From a bacterium (lineage in GTDB: Bacteria; Krumholzibacteriota; Krumholzibacteriia; G020349025): a stretch of DNA of 64,000 bases. This document shows positions 1-9,246 of this stretch, piece after piece. The position numbers and the translations under genes are program-made. The first letter of the stretch is position 1. Each line of letters opens with the position of its first letter. Below the pieces are notes generated by a model. The model saw only the letters and a list, made by a program, of their open reading frames with translations. It had not been told where the DNA came from and made no database searches. The stretch lies in assembly GCA_031362565.1 (NCBI GenBank), contig JANLSU010000120.1, positions 129,200 through 193,199 of the forward strand. Reading direction: 5' to 3'.

Positions 1-277
1 CACTCGGCACCAAATAGACGGCCGGCATCGGCAGGCCGGCGTGTTGCGTGAGGCCGCGGACCGTGTCGTACAGCTCCGGCGCCTGCGCCTCGGTCACGGG
101 CTGCGCCTGGTACATGCGCAGCACGGCTTTGTCCGAGAACCAGTAGGCGAAGAAGTTCATCCCCGCCGCGAAGAGGAGAAACAGCCACATTCCTTGCCGG
201 CCGGCGACGAGATCGCCGACCCAGACGAGGAGCGCGGTCATCAATGCCATGAGGAACGTGGTCTTGATTACATTCAT
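1..277 (-). CDS. htpX: Zinc metalloprotease HtpX (M48 family), N-terminal fragment. The 3' end lies beyond the window start.
   Basis: Reverse-strand translation from the ATG at c(275..277) reads MNVIKTTFLMALMTALLVWVGDLVAGRQGMWLFLLFAAGMNFFAYWFSDKAVLRMYQAQPVTEAQAPELYDTVRGLTQHAGLPMPAVYLVPS. This is the typical HtpX N-terminus, with two TM helices and a '...AGLPMPxVYxxP' segment. It is absent from the ORF track because it runs off the window edge. Confidence 0.6.
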   Translation of the reverse strand, partial: MNVIKTTFLMALMTALLVWVGDLVAGRQGMWLFLLFAAGMNFFAYWFSDKAVLRMYQAQPVTEAQAPELYDTVRGLTQHAGLPMPAVYLVPS

Positions 278-332
278 GCGTGCAGTATCGACGATGCCCT
301 GGCGGCACACAAGCCAGGCCGGGGAGCCACCG

Positions 333-2680
333 TCAGCGGCTCCGCAACGAGGGTTCCTGCACGGCGGGTTTCTGCCCGGGTGCACGGCCGAGGATGTCCT
401 CGCAATAGGCGCGTAGAATCTCGGCGACGGCCAGCGTATGCGCCGGGAGGCCGCGCGGCCAGTGCGGTGCGTTGCCCCAGAAGAGTTCCGAAATCTGTCC
501 GAGGCCGTCCTCGACCAAGTGCTGCTCGAAAGGCTTCAAGAGCCTGGCGGCTTCGACACGTCCCGTCGCGCCGTGCGCCTTCACGAGGGCGGAGATATAC
601 GGCCCCAAGAGCCACGCCCACGCCGTGCCCTGATGCAGCGCCGCATCGCGTTGCTTCGCATCGCCGTCATAGACGCCGCGGAATTCGGCGTGCCCCGCGT
701 CGAGGGTGCGAAGTCCCATCGGCGTCAGCAGTTTCTCGCCGACGACCTTCACCACGCTCTGCGCACTCTCGCTGTCGAGCAACGGAAACGGCAGGCTGAC
801 GGCCAGAATCTGATTCGGCCGGATGGCGCCGTCGCCGCCCGCGTAGTCCACGACATCCAGCAAGCAGCCGGCTTGTTCGTTCCAGAACACCGACAGGAAG
901 TTCTCTTCCAGGGTGTCCGCCATCTTCCCGAAGCGCGCCATGTCATGGGGGATCGAAAACCGTTGGGCCAGGCGTTCCATGATCCGCAGCGCGTTGTACC
1001 AGAGCGCGTTCACTTCGACCGGCTTGCCGGCGCGCTGGGTCACGGGGACGTCCCCGACCCGCGCATCCATCCACGTGAGCGCCATGCCGGGCTCGCCGCA
1101 ACGCAACATGCCGTCGCCTTCGACCCGAATCCCGAAGCGCGTGCCCTGGCTGTAGTAGCGAATGGTTTCGAGCATCGGAATCCGCAGCTCGGTCTTCACG
1201 AAGTCGAAGTCGCCGGTGTACTGCAGGTACTTGAAAATCGCCACGAAGAACCACAGCGTCGCATCCACCGAACCGAATTCGGACCGTTCGCTGCCGTCCG
1301 GCAGGCGGTTGGGCAGGAGGCCGCGTTCGAGAGTCCGCGCGTAGGTGCGGAGAATGGATTTGGCTTCGCGAAAGCGATTCGTCACCAGAAATAGGCCGGG
1401 CAGGGCCGCGAGCGTGTCGCGCGCCGAGTCGGTCGACCACGGGTAGCCGGCGAGCACCGAGGCTACATCGCGATCACGCCGCACGATGAACTGTTCGGCC
1501 GCGAGCGTCAGCCGGCGCGCCAGCGGTTTGTCGTCCGGGCTCTGCAGCATGATCTGGCCGCGGCGCTCCATCTCGCGCTCCTGCGGCCAAACCGGGGCGC
1601 GCTTCTCCGGCGGCGTCAGCGTGCAGCCGATCGATAGCGCCTCACCCGAGCGCAGTTCGACTTCGTAATATCCGTAGGTCCACAGGTCCTCGCGGAAATC
1701 GAGGCCGCGGTAGCGATCCTGCGGATACTCGACGTTCTTGTACCAATCGGGCGCCTCGTGAAACATGGCTTGCGGGCAGACGAGATACACCGGTTCCCAA
1801 TCGGGATACGGCGCGAAGCGGGCGATCGAGCCGCGCGCTTCGTGCGCCCGGGTGCCGACGGCGCGCTGAATGCGATCGTTCTCGAGTGCGAGTTCATGCA
1901 CGTCGCGGAACCCGAACAGCGGCTTCACGCGCAGCTTGAGCGTCTCGAGCGGGGCAACGAGATCGTCGCCCGCAGCGTCGGCCGTCGCGCCCGCTTCGAC
2001 GCCCGTATCGTTCGCGCCGGCCCCGGCCTCACTCGTTCCTGGGACGATCTTGCCCTTCTTGTTGCGCCGCGGCCGCGCCGCCGGCAGCATCCGGTAGGTC
2101 ACGACCACGGTGCTCTCGCCATGCACCAAATAGATCGTCTTCTCGAGCCGCCATCCCGCGCCCGCATAGGTGATCGACGGGAACGGGTAGAGGCTGAAGT
2201 TTTCCAGGTTCTCGAAGCCGCGCGGATGCACCACGCCCGGATAGAAATTCGTGTCCAGCGACACTGGGCCCGTAGGCAACGTCAGCAGCTCATCCATCTT
2301 GGAGAGAATGACGACGCGCTGCAGCGGCGATTTCTGCGATGCGACGAGCAGGCCGTGATAGCGCCGGGTATTCAAACCCGCGATGGTCGACATCGCGTAG
2401 CCGCCGATGCCGTTCGTGAGCAGGTATTCCTTCTTGCTGGCACTCGTCAGGTCGCGGCATGTCTTGCCATCGAGGCGAATTTGTACTGGATCGAAGACGG
2501 TGCGCGAATCGAGCCGTGGCCCGGTTTGCGTCGCCGGGCGGGCGGTGCCGCCGAGCGCCCGCACGTGCGCCGTGTCGGGCCCGAACGGACGGGTGCTCGC
2601 GGGCCGGATCGTGACGGTATCGACTTTGGGCGATTCGGTGGCCGCTCGAACGGCCGGCTGCGGCTTGATGTTGTCGCTCA
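333..2680 (-). CDS. Glycogen debranching enzyme family protein (amylo-alpha-1,6-glucosidase, GDE_C-like), ~782 aa
   Basis: Long ORF containing a GYPWSTDSARDTLAALPGLFL-type six-hairpin glycosidase region. The likely start is MSDNIKPQP (ATG c2678..2680); the upstream part of the ORF is Arg-rich junk. Confidence 0.75.
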
Positions 2681-2700
2681 TGCCTTCGTGCCCCCCACTG

Positions 2701-3537
2701 TCACCCCTGCCGCTCCAACCAGACGATCGTGTGCTCGAGCGCACGCTCGAGTTCTGGAGTCGGCCCCTTCCACGGATGCTCCGCGCCGAATGTGTGTCCG
2801 GCTCCCGGCAAGAGCAGCAACTCGGCGCGTCCCGCCGGCGCTGCCCCATACACCGCACTTGCTTCGGCTGCGGGCACCGACGGATCCGCGTCACCATGCA
2901 CGATCAACAGCGGCGCTTGCGACTCGGACGCGGCGCGCAAGATGTCGAACCGGCCGGCGTTCGTTTCCAAGTCATCGAGCAGTGCGACGTTGACCCGCAT
3001 CATCTGTCCGGTGCGCGTATTCGGAAACACGGCGAAGCCGCGCTCCCGCCACGCGCGCCGCTCTTCGACGGGCCAGCGCAACCCCTTGGCGACACCGGCC
3101 CAGGTCACGACCGCGCCGATTCGCCGGTCCTCGCGAGCGCGGAGCACTGCGATTCCACCGCCACGCGAATGTCCGAGCACCGCGATGTGTCTGGGATCGG
3201 CAACCCCGCCCCCGAGCGCTCCGCTGGTCACCCCATCCAGGACCGTGCCGAGATCGTCGATTTGGCGCGTGATCGTGTCGGCGGCGAAACGCTCGAGTTC
3301 GGTGAACTCGAAGAGGCCGGCGCCGACCCCGCAGCCCGAGAAATTAAAGGTCACGGAGAGGAATCCCGCGGCGGCCAGACGCTCTCCGAGCCACGGGAAG
3401 AAACCCCAGTTCTTGAACCCTTTGAACCCGTGGCAGACGACGACTGCCGGACGGCGTGCGGTGCCGCCGTCCCAACGGATGTCGCCGCGCAGCGTCCAAC
3501 CACCGGGGATCGCAGTTTCGAAGTTGATGTTCTGCAT
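2701..3537 (-). CDS. Alpha/beta-fold hydrolase, dienelactone-hydrolase / BAAT-like
   Basis: 278 aa with a GHSRGG nucleophile elbow, VVVCHGFKG and a C-terminal GAGHTF. It sits 20 nt upstream of the GDE gene. Confidence 0.7.
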   Translation of the reverse strand: MQNINFETAIPGGWTLRGDIRWDGGTARRPAVVVCHGFKGFKNWGFFPWLGERLAAAGFLSVTFNFSGCGVGAGLFEFTELERFAADTITRQIDDLGTVLDGVTSGALGGGVADPRHIAVLGHSRGGGIAVLRAREDRRIGAVVTWAGVAKGLRWPVEERRAWRERGFAVFPNTRTGQMMRVNVALLDDLETNAGRFDILRAASESQAPLLIVHGDADPSVPAAEASAVYGAAPAGRAELLLLPGAGHTFGAEHPWKGPTPELERALEHTIVWLERQG

Positions 3538-3588
3538 CCCGCAACCTATCGGCTCGTGGCTTCGACGCCGCGCCTGGGACCGGCTGCC

Positions 3589-4344
3589 CTACACTTCGCT
3601 CGACGGACACAGATCCTGGAGGAGACACGCGCCGCACTGGGGCGAGCGCGCGTTGCAGACCCGCCGTCCGTGCTCGATCAGGAGATGCGCCAGGAGGGTC
3701 CATTTGTCGCGCGGCACGATCTCCATCATTTCGTACTCGATCTTCACGGGGTCATCGTGTGAAGTCAAGTCCAGGCGCCGGGAAAGCCGTCCGACGTGCG
3801 TGTCGACGACCAGCCCCGGAATCCCAAAGGCGTTGCCGAGCACCACATTTGCCGTCTTACGGCCCACCCCCGGGAGTGCCACGAGCGATTCCATATCGCG
3901 CGGCACTTGGCCCCCGTGCCGCGCCATCAACTCCTGACAGCAAGCGATGATGTTCTTGGCCTTGTTGTGATAGAAGCCGGTGCTGCGGATGATTACTTCC
4001 AGGTCGAGTGGCCGGGCTTCGGCCAGCGATTTGGCGTCCGGATACACCGCAAAGAGATCCGGCGTCACCATGTTGACCCGCGCATCGGTGCATTGCGCCG
4101 AAAGAATCGTCGCAATGAGAAGCTGCAACGGATTCTGGTGCAAGAGGGCGCAATGGGCGTTGGGGTAGGCGCGCTCGAGACGCGCGACGATCTCGCCGCC
4201 GCGCAGTTGCGCGGCCCGCAGTCGCGCGGCCCGAAGGGCCGTGCCACGAGCTTGCACCACTTTCCCTACTCCTCGCTGCGGTGTTTTTGTCGGCGCCTTC
4301 TTCACCGCTCTCTTCGCCACCCTCCTCTTCGCTCGCGCCGTCAC
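3589..4344 (-). CDS. nth: Endonuclease III (DNA-(apurinic or apyrimidinic site) lyase)
   Basis: HhH-GPD motif LPGVGRKTANVVL and a C-terminal 4Fe-4S cluster C-x6-C-x2-C-x5-C (CNARSPQCGACLLQDLC). It has a lysine-rich N-terminal tail. Confidence 0.9.
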   Translation of the reverse strand: MTARAKRRVAKRAVKKAPTKTPQRGVGKVVQARGTALRAARLRAAQLRGGEIVARLERAYPNAHCALLHQNPLQLLIATILSAQCTDARVNMVTPDLFAVYPDAKSLAEARPLDLEVIIRSTGFYHNKAKNIIACCQELMARHGGQVPRDMESLVALPGVGRKTANVVLGNAFGIPGLVVDTHVGRLSRRLDLTSHDDPVKIEYEMMEIVPRDKWTLLAHLLIEHGRRVCNARSPQCGACLLQDLCPSSEV

Positions 4345-6230
4345 TTCTTCCCACCTTCATGCCTTTGCCGGGCCACGAAATAGGCCTCGACGTCCGCCGC
4401 ACGGCGCGTATTGAAGACATGCTGCGGTTCGAGCCAGCCACGCCGCGCCATGCTTACACCATAGCGCACATCGGCGAGCCCGGCGACGTCGTGTGCGTCC
4501 GGCGCAATGGAAAGCAGCGCGCCGCAGTCGCGCGCTTGCTGCACGAGCACGCCGTCCAGATCCATCCGGCGCGGATGCCCGTTGATCTCGATCATCACGC
4601 CGTGCCGGGCCGCGGCTTCGAAGACAGCGCGCCAGTCGGCGTCGAGCCCCGGGCGCTCGAGAAGAATTCGCGACGTCGGATGGCCGAGAATAGTGACGCG
4701 CGGATTCTCGACCACACGGAGCAAGCGCTGTGTCTGCTCGTCACGGCTCAGATGCAGCGCATCGTGAATCGCCGCGATGACGAAGTCGAACCCGGCGAGC
4801 GCGGCCGGGTCGAGATCGAGGCCGCCGTCCGGTTGCACGTTGGCTTCGATACCGTGGAAGACGCGAAGGCCCGGCACCTTGCGCCGCACGGCCTCCACGG
4901 CGCGCTGGGCGGCGGCGATGCGCGGCGTATCCATGCCGTTCGCCCACGAGGCCTGCGGGCCATGATCGGTGACGCCGATGAATTCCCAACCAAGCGCGGC
5001 GGCACCGCGCACCATGGCCTCGAGATCGTCGCGGCCATCGCTGGCCGTCGTGTGCACATGCAACGCACCGCGCAAATCGGGCCCGTCGACCAGACGCACC
5101 GGCAACGCATTGGTTTCCGCGGCTTCGATCTCACCATGGTCCTCGCGCAACTCCGGCGGCACGAAGGCGAGATCGACGGCGGCAAAGATCTCCGTTTCGT
5201 CGCGGCAGACAACCAGTTCCTCGCCACGGAAGAGCCCGTACTCGTTCATTTTGATGCCCATGCGCTGGGCGCGACCACGCATCGCGATGTTGTGTTCCTT
5301 CGAACCGGTGAAGTGATGAAGGGCATACGGGTATTGGGCCGCGGTCACGGCGCGCAGGTCCATTTGCAACCCGCCCGGATCGACAACGCTGGTCTTGGTT
5401 TCGCCGCTTCCCAGAACTCGCGCCGCCCACGGGCCGTGCGCGAAGGCCTCCATGACGGCCGGCGCGTCGTCGGTCGCGACCAGCAAGTCGACATCATGGA
5501 CGGTTTCCTTGCGGCGGCGCAGGCTGCCCGCGTACTCGACCTTTTGCACGGCCGGATGCGCACGCAGCGCTTCCACGACCGGCATGACGATCGAGTGCGC
5601 GAAGCTCCAAAGAAATGTGCCGTGCACGCGGCGGATCTGGTCGATGCCCACCAAGATGTTTTGGGCGGTTTTGGCGCCGAAACCCTTCAGATCTTCGAGC
5701 CGTCCGGCACGACACGCCGCTTCCAGTTCGTCGACGCCGCCAATGCCGAGTCCATCGTGCAGCGCTTGCGCCTTCTTGGGCCCCAAGCCCGGGATCTTCA
5801 TCATTTCGAGCAGCCCCGCCGGCACCTGGGCGCGTAGTTCGTCGAGATACGGCAACTGGCCCGTTTGCACGAGAGTCGTGATCTTCTCGGCGATGCTGGC
5901 ACCAACGCCGGGCAATTCGGCGAGAGCCTTGGCATCCAACGTGTCGAGATTCTCACCAAACCCGGCGAGACTGCGCGCCGCATTCTCATACGCGCGCACC
6001 TTGAAGGTATTGGCGTTGGTGAGGAGCAGCAGCGTCGCGATCTCTTGCAGAACACCGGCGACGGCACCCGGGCTCTTCCAGGCTGCCGCGTGATGCGCCG
6101 GATCGGTTGCCGAATGGGCGAGTTCGGCAGCGATTTCGGGTGGCAGACCAGCCGCAGCAGGCGCCACGGTCGGTGCGGCCGTGTTCGAGGCCGGTGCCGC
6201 CTTCACGCCCTTCGTGCGCCGTGCCGCCAT
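4341..6230 (-). CDS. polX: DNA polymerase X family protein with a C-terminal PHP (histidinol-phosphatase-like) domain
   Basis: N-terminal HhH/8-kDa region (FKVRAYENAARSL; ELPGVGASIAEKI), a Pol-beta-like palm (GSLRRRKETVHDVDLLV), and PHP motifs LHVHTTASDG and GVTDHG. The probable ATG is at c6228..6230, preceded by AGGGAG. Its stop overlaps the nth start (ATGA). Confidence 0.85.
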   Translation of the reverse strand: MAARRTKGVKAAPASNTAAPTVAPAAAGLPPEIAAELAHSATDPAHHAAAWKSPGAVAGVLQEIATLLLLTNANTFKVRAYENAARSLAGFGENLDTLDAKALAELPGVGASIAEKITTLVQTGQLPYLDELRAQVPAGLLEMMKIPGLGPKKAQALHDGLGIGGVDELEAACRAGRLEDLKGFGAKTAQNILVGIDQIRRVHGTFLWSFAHSIVMPVVEALRAHPAVQKVEYAGSLRRRKETVHDVDLLVATDDAPAVMEAFAHGPWAARVLGSGETKTSVVDPGGLQMDLRAVTAAQYPYALHHFTGSKEHNIAMRGRAQRMGIKMNEYGLFRGEELVVCRDETEIFAAVDLAFVPPELREDHGEIEAAETNALPVRLVDGPDLRGALHVHTTASDGRDDLEAMVRGAAALGWEFIGVTDHGPQASWANGMDTPRIAAAQRAVEAVRRKVPGLRVFHGIEANVQPDGGLDLDPAALAGFDFVIAAIHDALHLSRDEQTQRLLRVVENPRVTILGHPTSRILLERPGLDADWRAVFEAAARHGVMIEINGHPRRMDLDGVLVQQARDCGALLSIAPDAHDVAGLADVRYGVSMARRGWLEPQHVFNTRRAADVEAYFVARQRHEGGKK

Positions 6231-6249
6231 ACGCTCCCTCTGCCGCCCT

Positions 6250-6571
6250 TCAATACCGCGCCAGCGTCGGATCGATCTCCGTGGCCCAGCGCTCGATGCC
6301 GCCACGCAAACTCTTCACGTCCGTAAAGCCGTGCGAGCGCAAATACAGCGCCGCGTGCATGCTGCGGATGCCGTGATGGCAATAGACAACGATCGGCTTG
6401 GACGCATCCAATTCACCGCGCCGCCCTTCCACTTGGTGCATAGGCATGAATGGCGGCGGCGAGGCGCACAAGCGCTGCTTCCCAGTCCTCGCGCACGTCC
6501 AAGAGTTGCAACTCGGCCCCCGAGGCGAGCAGACCTTCCAACTCCTGGGCGCTGATTTCGAGTTCGGTCAC
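6250..6571 (-). pseudogene. Single-domain rhodanese (sulfurtransferase) carrying a +1/-1 frameshift. It is either a pseudogene or a sequencing error.
   Basis: A GTG at c6569..6571 overlaps the yggU stop (GTGA) and follows a GGAGGA RBS. That frame gives MTELEISAQELEGLLASGAELQLLDVREDWEAAL..., then hits a stop. The C-terminal two-thirds (MPMHQVEGRRGELDASKPIVVYCHHGIRSMHAALYLRSHGFTDVKSLRGGIERW), with the catalytic Cys, is in another frame (ORF 6250..6471). The total span is 322 nt, which is not a multiple of 3. The shift maps near a GCCGCCGCC run at about 6440-6465. Confidence 0.5.
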
Positions 6572-6906
6572 GATTCCTCCGCCAGGCGAGCGAGGACTGC
6601 ATCGAGGCGTTCGCGAAGTGCCGCCGCCGTGAGCCCCTGGACGCGAACGCGCTTATCCTGCGACGTCGTACCCGTTTCGATCGCCAGCGTCGCGACCGGC
6701 ACACCGAGTGCAGCCGCGAGCACCGACAACACTTCCTCGTTGGCACGTCCACGCTCCGGCGCGGCGCGTACCGCCAACTTGAGCGCCTCGCCATGCCACC
6801 CGATCAACCCGGCACGCTTGGCGCTTGGTTTGACGCGGACGAGGAGCAGGGCATCCGTTCGAGCGGGCGCGTCGGAACGCGGCACCCGGCTCGGCCGCGC
6901 GGTCAC
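6568..6906 (-). CDS. yggU: DUF167 (YggU/UPF0235) family protein
   Basis: LLLVRVKPSAKRAGLIGWHGEALKLAVRAAPERGRANEEVLSVLAAALGVPVATLAIETGTTSQDKRVRV matches the DUF167 pattern. Its GTG start overlaps the upstream gene's stop (GTGA). Confidence 0.65.
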   Translation of the reverse strand: MTARPSRVPRSDAPARTDALLLVRVKPSAKRAGLIGWHGEALKLAVRAAPERGRANEEVLSVLAAALGVPVATLAIETGTTSQDKRVRVQGLTAAALRERLDAVLARLAEES

Positions 6907-9107
6907 CCGCGAGCCACGGCGAGCGCCAACTCGCCGCTTCCCGCCGCGATCTTTTCGACCCGCACCGCAACCGACTTGAACGCCGGCGTCAGGGACCTGG
7001 GATCGATGCGCCGCGGCACCAGCACATTCGCCTCGGGATAGTAGGCGGCAAGATTGCCCGGCCGAATGTCCGTCAGCCAGACGCGCACCGGGCCCATCCG
7101 GCCGGTTTCCGAAACCAGTGTCACCGGCTCTCCCGCATGCAAGCCAAGCTCGTGCGCATCGTGCGCGCTCATGAACACGATGTCGCGCCCGTCGGTGCCG
7201 CGGTAGAGATCCTCGTACTCATAGACGACAGTATTGAACTGCCCCTCGGAGCGAATCGTCGCAAGCCGCAGTTCGCCCAGTTGCAATATCTCTTGCGGCA
7301 CTGCCGTGACTTGAAAGCGAGCCTTGCCGTCCGCCGTCGCGAACTCCGGCGTGTGCCGAATGCGGCCCTCGAGCGTGAAGTCGCGTTTGGTCGCATCGAC
7401 GCCGGCAATCTTCCCGTAGCCGGGGACGATGCGGGCGATCTCGCGGCGCAGATCGCGATGATTTTTCCACTTCGACCAGTCGATCGGCCCCGCGGGCAGC
7501 ACCCGCGCCGCAATCGAGGCCACGATGTCGACTTCCGAGCGCATCTCGGCGGAAGCCGGCGGCGCGCCACCGACCGACAGCCGCACGTAACTGAACATGC
7601 TCTCTTGCGTCGTCGACTGCGTTTCCTCGTCGCGCGTTCGTGCGGGCAGAATGAGCGTCCGCTGGCCGCGGCCGTGGAAATGCCCAGGGTTGAGCTTGGT
7701 CGAGATATAGATCGCCGTTTCGACCCGTTGCAGGGCCCGCGCCGCAAACTCCGAATCCGGATTCGAACTGTAAAGATTGCCGCCCAAGTAGACGGCGGTT
7801 CGCACTCGCCCGTCGGCCATTGCCACGATGCCGTTGTAGGTATCGAAGCCGGGCTCGCGTGGCAATTGGATGCCGTACGCCTCTTCCATGGCGCGTCCAA
7901 AGGCTTCCTTGAGTGCCGGCGTCACGCCGACCGAACCCACGCCTTGCACGTTCGAGTGGCCGCGAATCGGCAGCAATCCGGCACCCGGCTTGCCCGCCAT
8001 GCCTCGCAAGAGCGCCAGGTTGACGATCGCGAGCACGTTGTCGACGCCGTGCACGTGGTGCGTGACGCCCATGGCCCACATGAAGATCGCGCGCTTCGAT
8101 CGCAGGTAGAGATCGGCGGCGCGCTCCATGGTCGCGCGTGTGACGCCGCTCGACCGTTCCAGGTTCTCCCAGCGCGCCGCCCGCAGGTCGGCCTCGACTT
8201 CCGAACCACCCTGCGTGTGCGCATCCATGAAGGCGCGGTCCATGCCGCCCTTCTCGATGACGATCTTGGCGACACCCTTCAGGAACGCGATATCGCCGCC
8301 GATGTGCGGCTGCACGTAGAGATCCGAAACACGCGACCCGAAGAGCAGCGACACCGGCCGCGACGGAATCCGAAAGCGTTCGAGACCGATCTCGCGGAGT
8401 GGATTCACGACCACTACATGGCCGCCGCGCCGCCTCACATCCACCAGCCGGGTGATGAGCCGCGGATGATTGGAGGCCGGATTGGCACCCACCAACATCA
8501 CGAAATCCGCCTGCTCCACATCCTCGAGCGATACGGTCGCGGTACTCGTGCCCAGTGCAGCAGTGAGACCGACCCCCGACGCCTGATGGCAGTAGTACGA
8601 GCAATTGTTGACGTTGTTTGTGCCATAGACGCGCGCGAACGTCTGCAGCAGGAACGCCGCTTCGTTGCTGCTCCGGCCCGACATATAGAAGAGAGCGGCC
8701 TGCGGCGGTGTGGTGCGGAGGGCTTCGGCGCCGATCTCGAGGGCCCGATCCCACCCGATGCGCTCGACATGCGACGCGCCGGGCTCGAGCAGGAGCGGAA
8801 AGCCGATGCGGCCGGTATCCTCGAGCTGCTTGTGGTCGAGCGCCAGCAAGTCAGCGAGCGCATGGCGCCGGAAGAACTCCTCCGGCACCGCCGGCTGCAT
8901 ATCGGCCGCCTGGGCCTGGAACGACTTCTTGCAGACCTCGAGTGCACTTCCCGACTCGTTCTTCATACCGCTCATGCCAAGCGCGCAGGTCTTGCACGCA
9001 TTGCGCGCCTGCATGCGCTTGTAGAAGGCGAGCACGCCGCCGGCCTCGCGCGCCTTGCGCAACGAATACCGGAGCGCTTGTAGTCCGCCGCCGCTCTTCA
9101 CGAACAT
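6903..9107 (-). CDS. FdhF/YdeP-like molybdopterin oxidoreductase alpha subunit (formate-dehydrogenase-alpha-like family)
   Basis: 734 aa. The N-terminus has a Cys cluster (NACKTCALGMSGMKNESG) resembling the YdeP/Fdh-alpha-like Fe-S motif. Central molybdopterin oxidoreductase motifs include VMLVGANPASNHP and GRVRTAVYLGGNLYSSNPDS. The C-terminal MopB_CT-like beta-barrel carries EPVTLVSETGRMGPVRV. Confidence 0.8.
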   Translation of the reverse strand: MFVKSGGGLQALRYSLRKAREAGGVLAFYKRMQARNACKTCALGMSGMKNESGSALEVCKKSFQAQAADMQPAVPEEFFRRHALADLLALDHKQLEDTGRIGFPLLLEPGASHVERIGWDRALEIGAEALRTTPPQAALFYMSGRSSNEAAFLLQTFARVYGTNNVNNCSYYCHQASGVGLTAALGTSTATVSLEDVEQADFVMLVGANPASNHPRLITRLVDVRRRGGHVVVVNPLREIGLERFRIPSRPVSLLFGSRVSDLYVQPHIGGDIAFLKGVAKIVIEKGGMDRAFMDAHTQGGSEVEADLRAARWENLERSSGVTRATMERAADLYLRSKRAIFMWAMGVTHHVHGVDNVLAIVNLALLRGMAGKPGAGLLPIRGHSNVQGVGSVGVTPALKEAFGRAMEEAYGIQLPREPGFDTYNGIVAMADGRVRTAVYLGGNLYSSNPDSEFAARALQRVETAIYISTKLNPGHFHGRGQRTLILPARTRDEETQSTTQESMFSYVRLSVGGAPPASAEMRSEVDIVASIAARVLPAGPIDWSKWKNHRDLRREIARIVPGYGKIAGVDATKRDFTLEGRIRHTPEFATADGKARFQVTAVPQEILQLGELRLATIRSEGQFNTVVYEYEDLYRGTDGRDIVFMSAHDAHELGLHAGEPVTLVSETGRMGPVRVWLTDIRPGNLAAYYPEANVLVPRRIDPRSLTPAFKSVAVRVEKIAAGSGELALAVARG

Positions 9108-9246
9108 TCCCCCCTCGGGCCCCCCTCTCGGGAGGGCTCCCGCGCCCAGTCTAGGCGGCGCTCGGCTCCCCGGGCAACGGTCGCGAATACCTGCAGCCGT
9201 GGGGCGCGCACACTGCTATCCTGCGCCCTGACGATGGGAGTCGTGC

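Noticed and set aside
438-1394. Long ORFs on the opposite strand or in alternative frames of real genes. Examples are 438..1394, 1758..2993, 2407..3762, 7137..9083, 7219..8754, 10099..11250, 13519..15039, 35676..37169, 47173..49080 and 50335..52818.
   Set aside because: Their translations are Arg/Ala/Pro-rich low-complexity strings with no motifs. They lie antisense to, or out of frame with, strongly supported genes. They are stop-codon-poor artefacts of ~70% GC.
6250-6471. Treating ORF 6250..6471 (73 aa, TTG start) as an intact small rhodanese
   Set aside because: It lacks the N-terminal third of the domain. The missing part is present in another frame immediately upstream, with a proper RBS and GTG start. 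A frameshifted full-length gene explains the data better.
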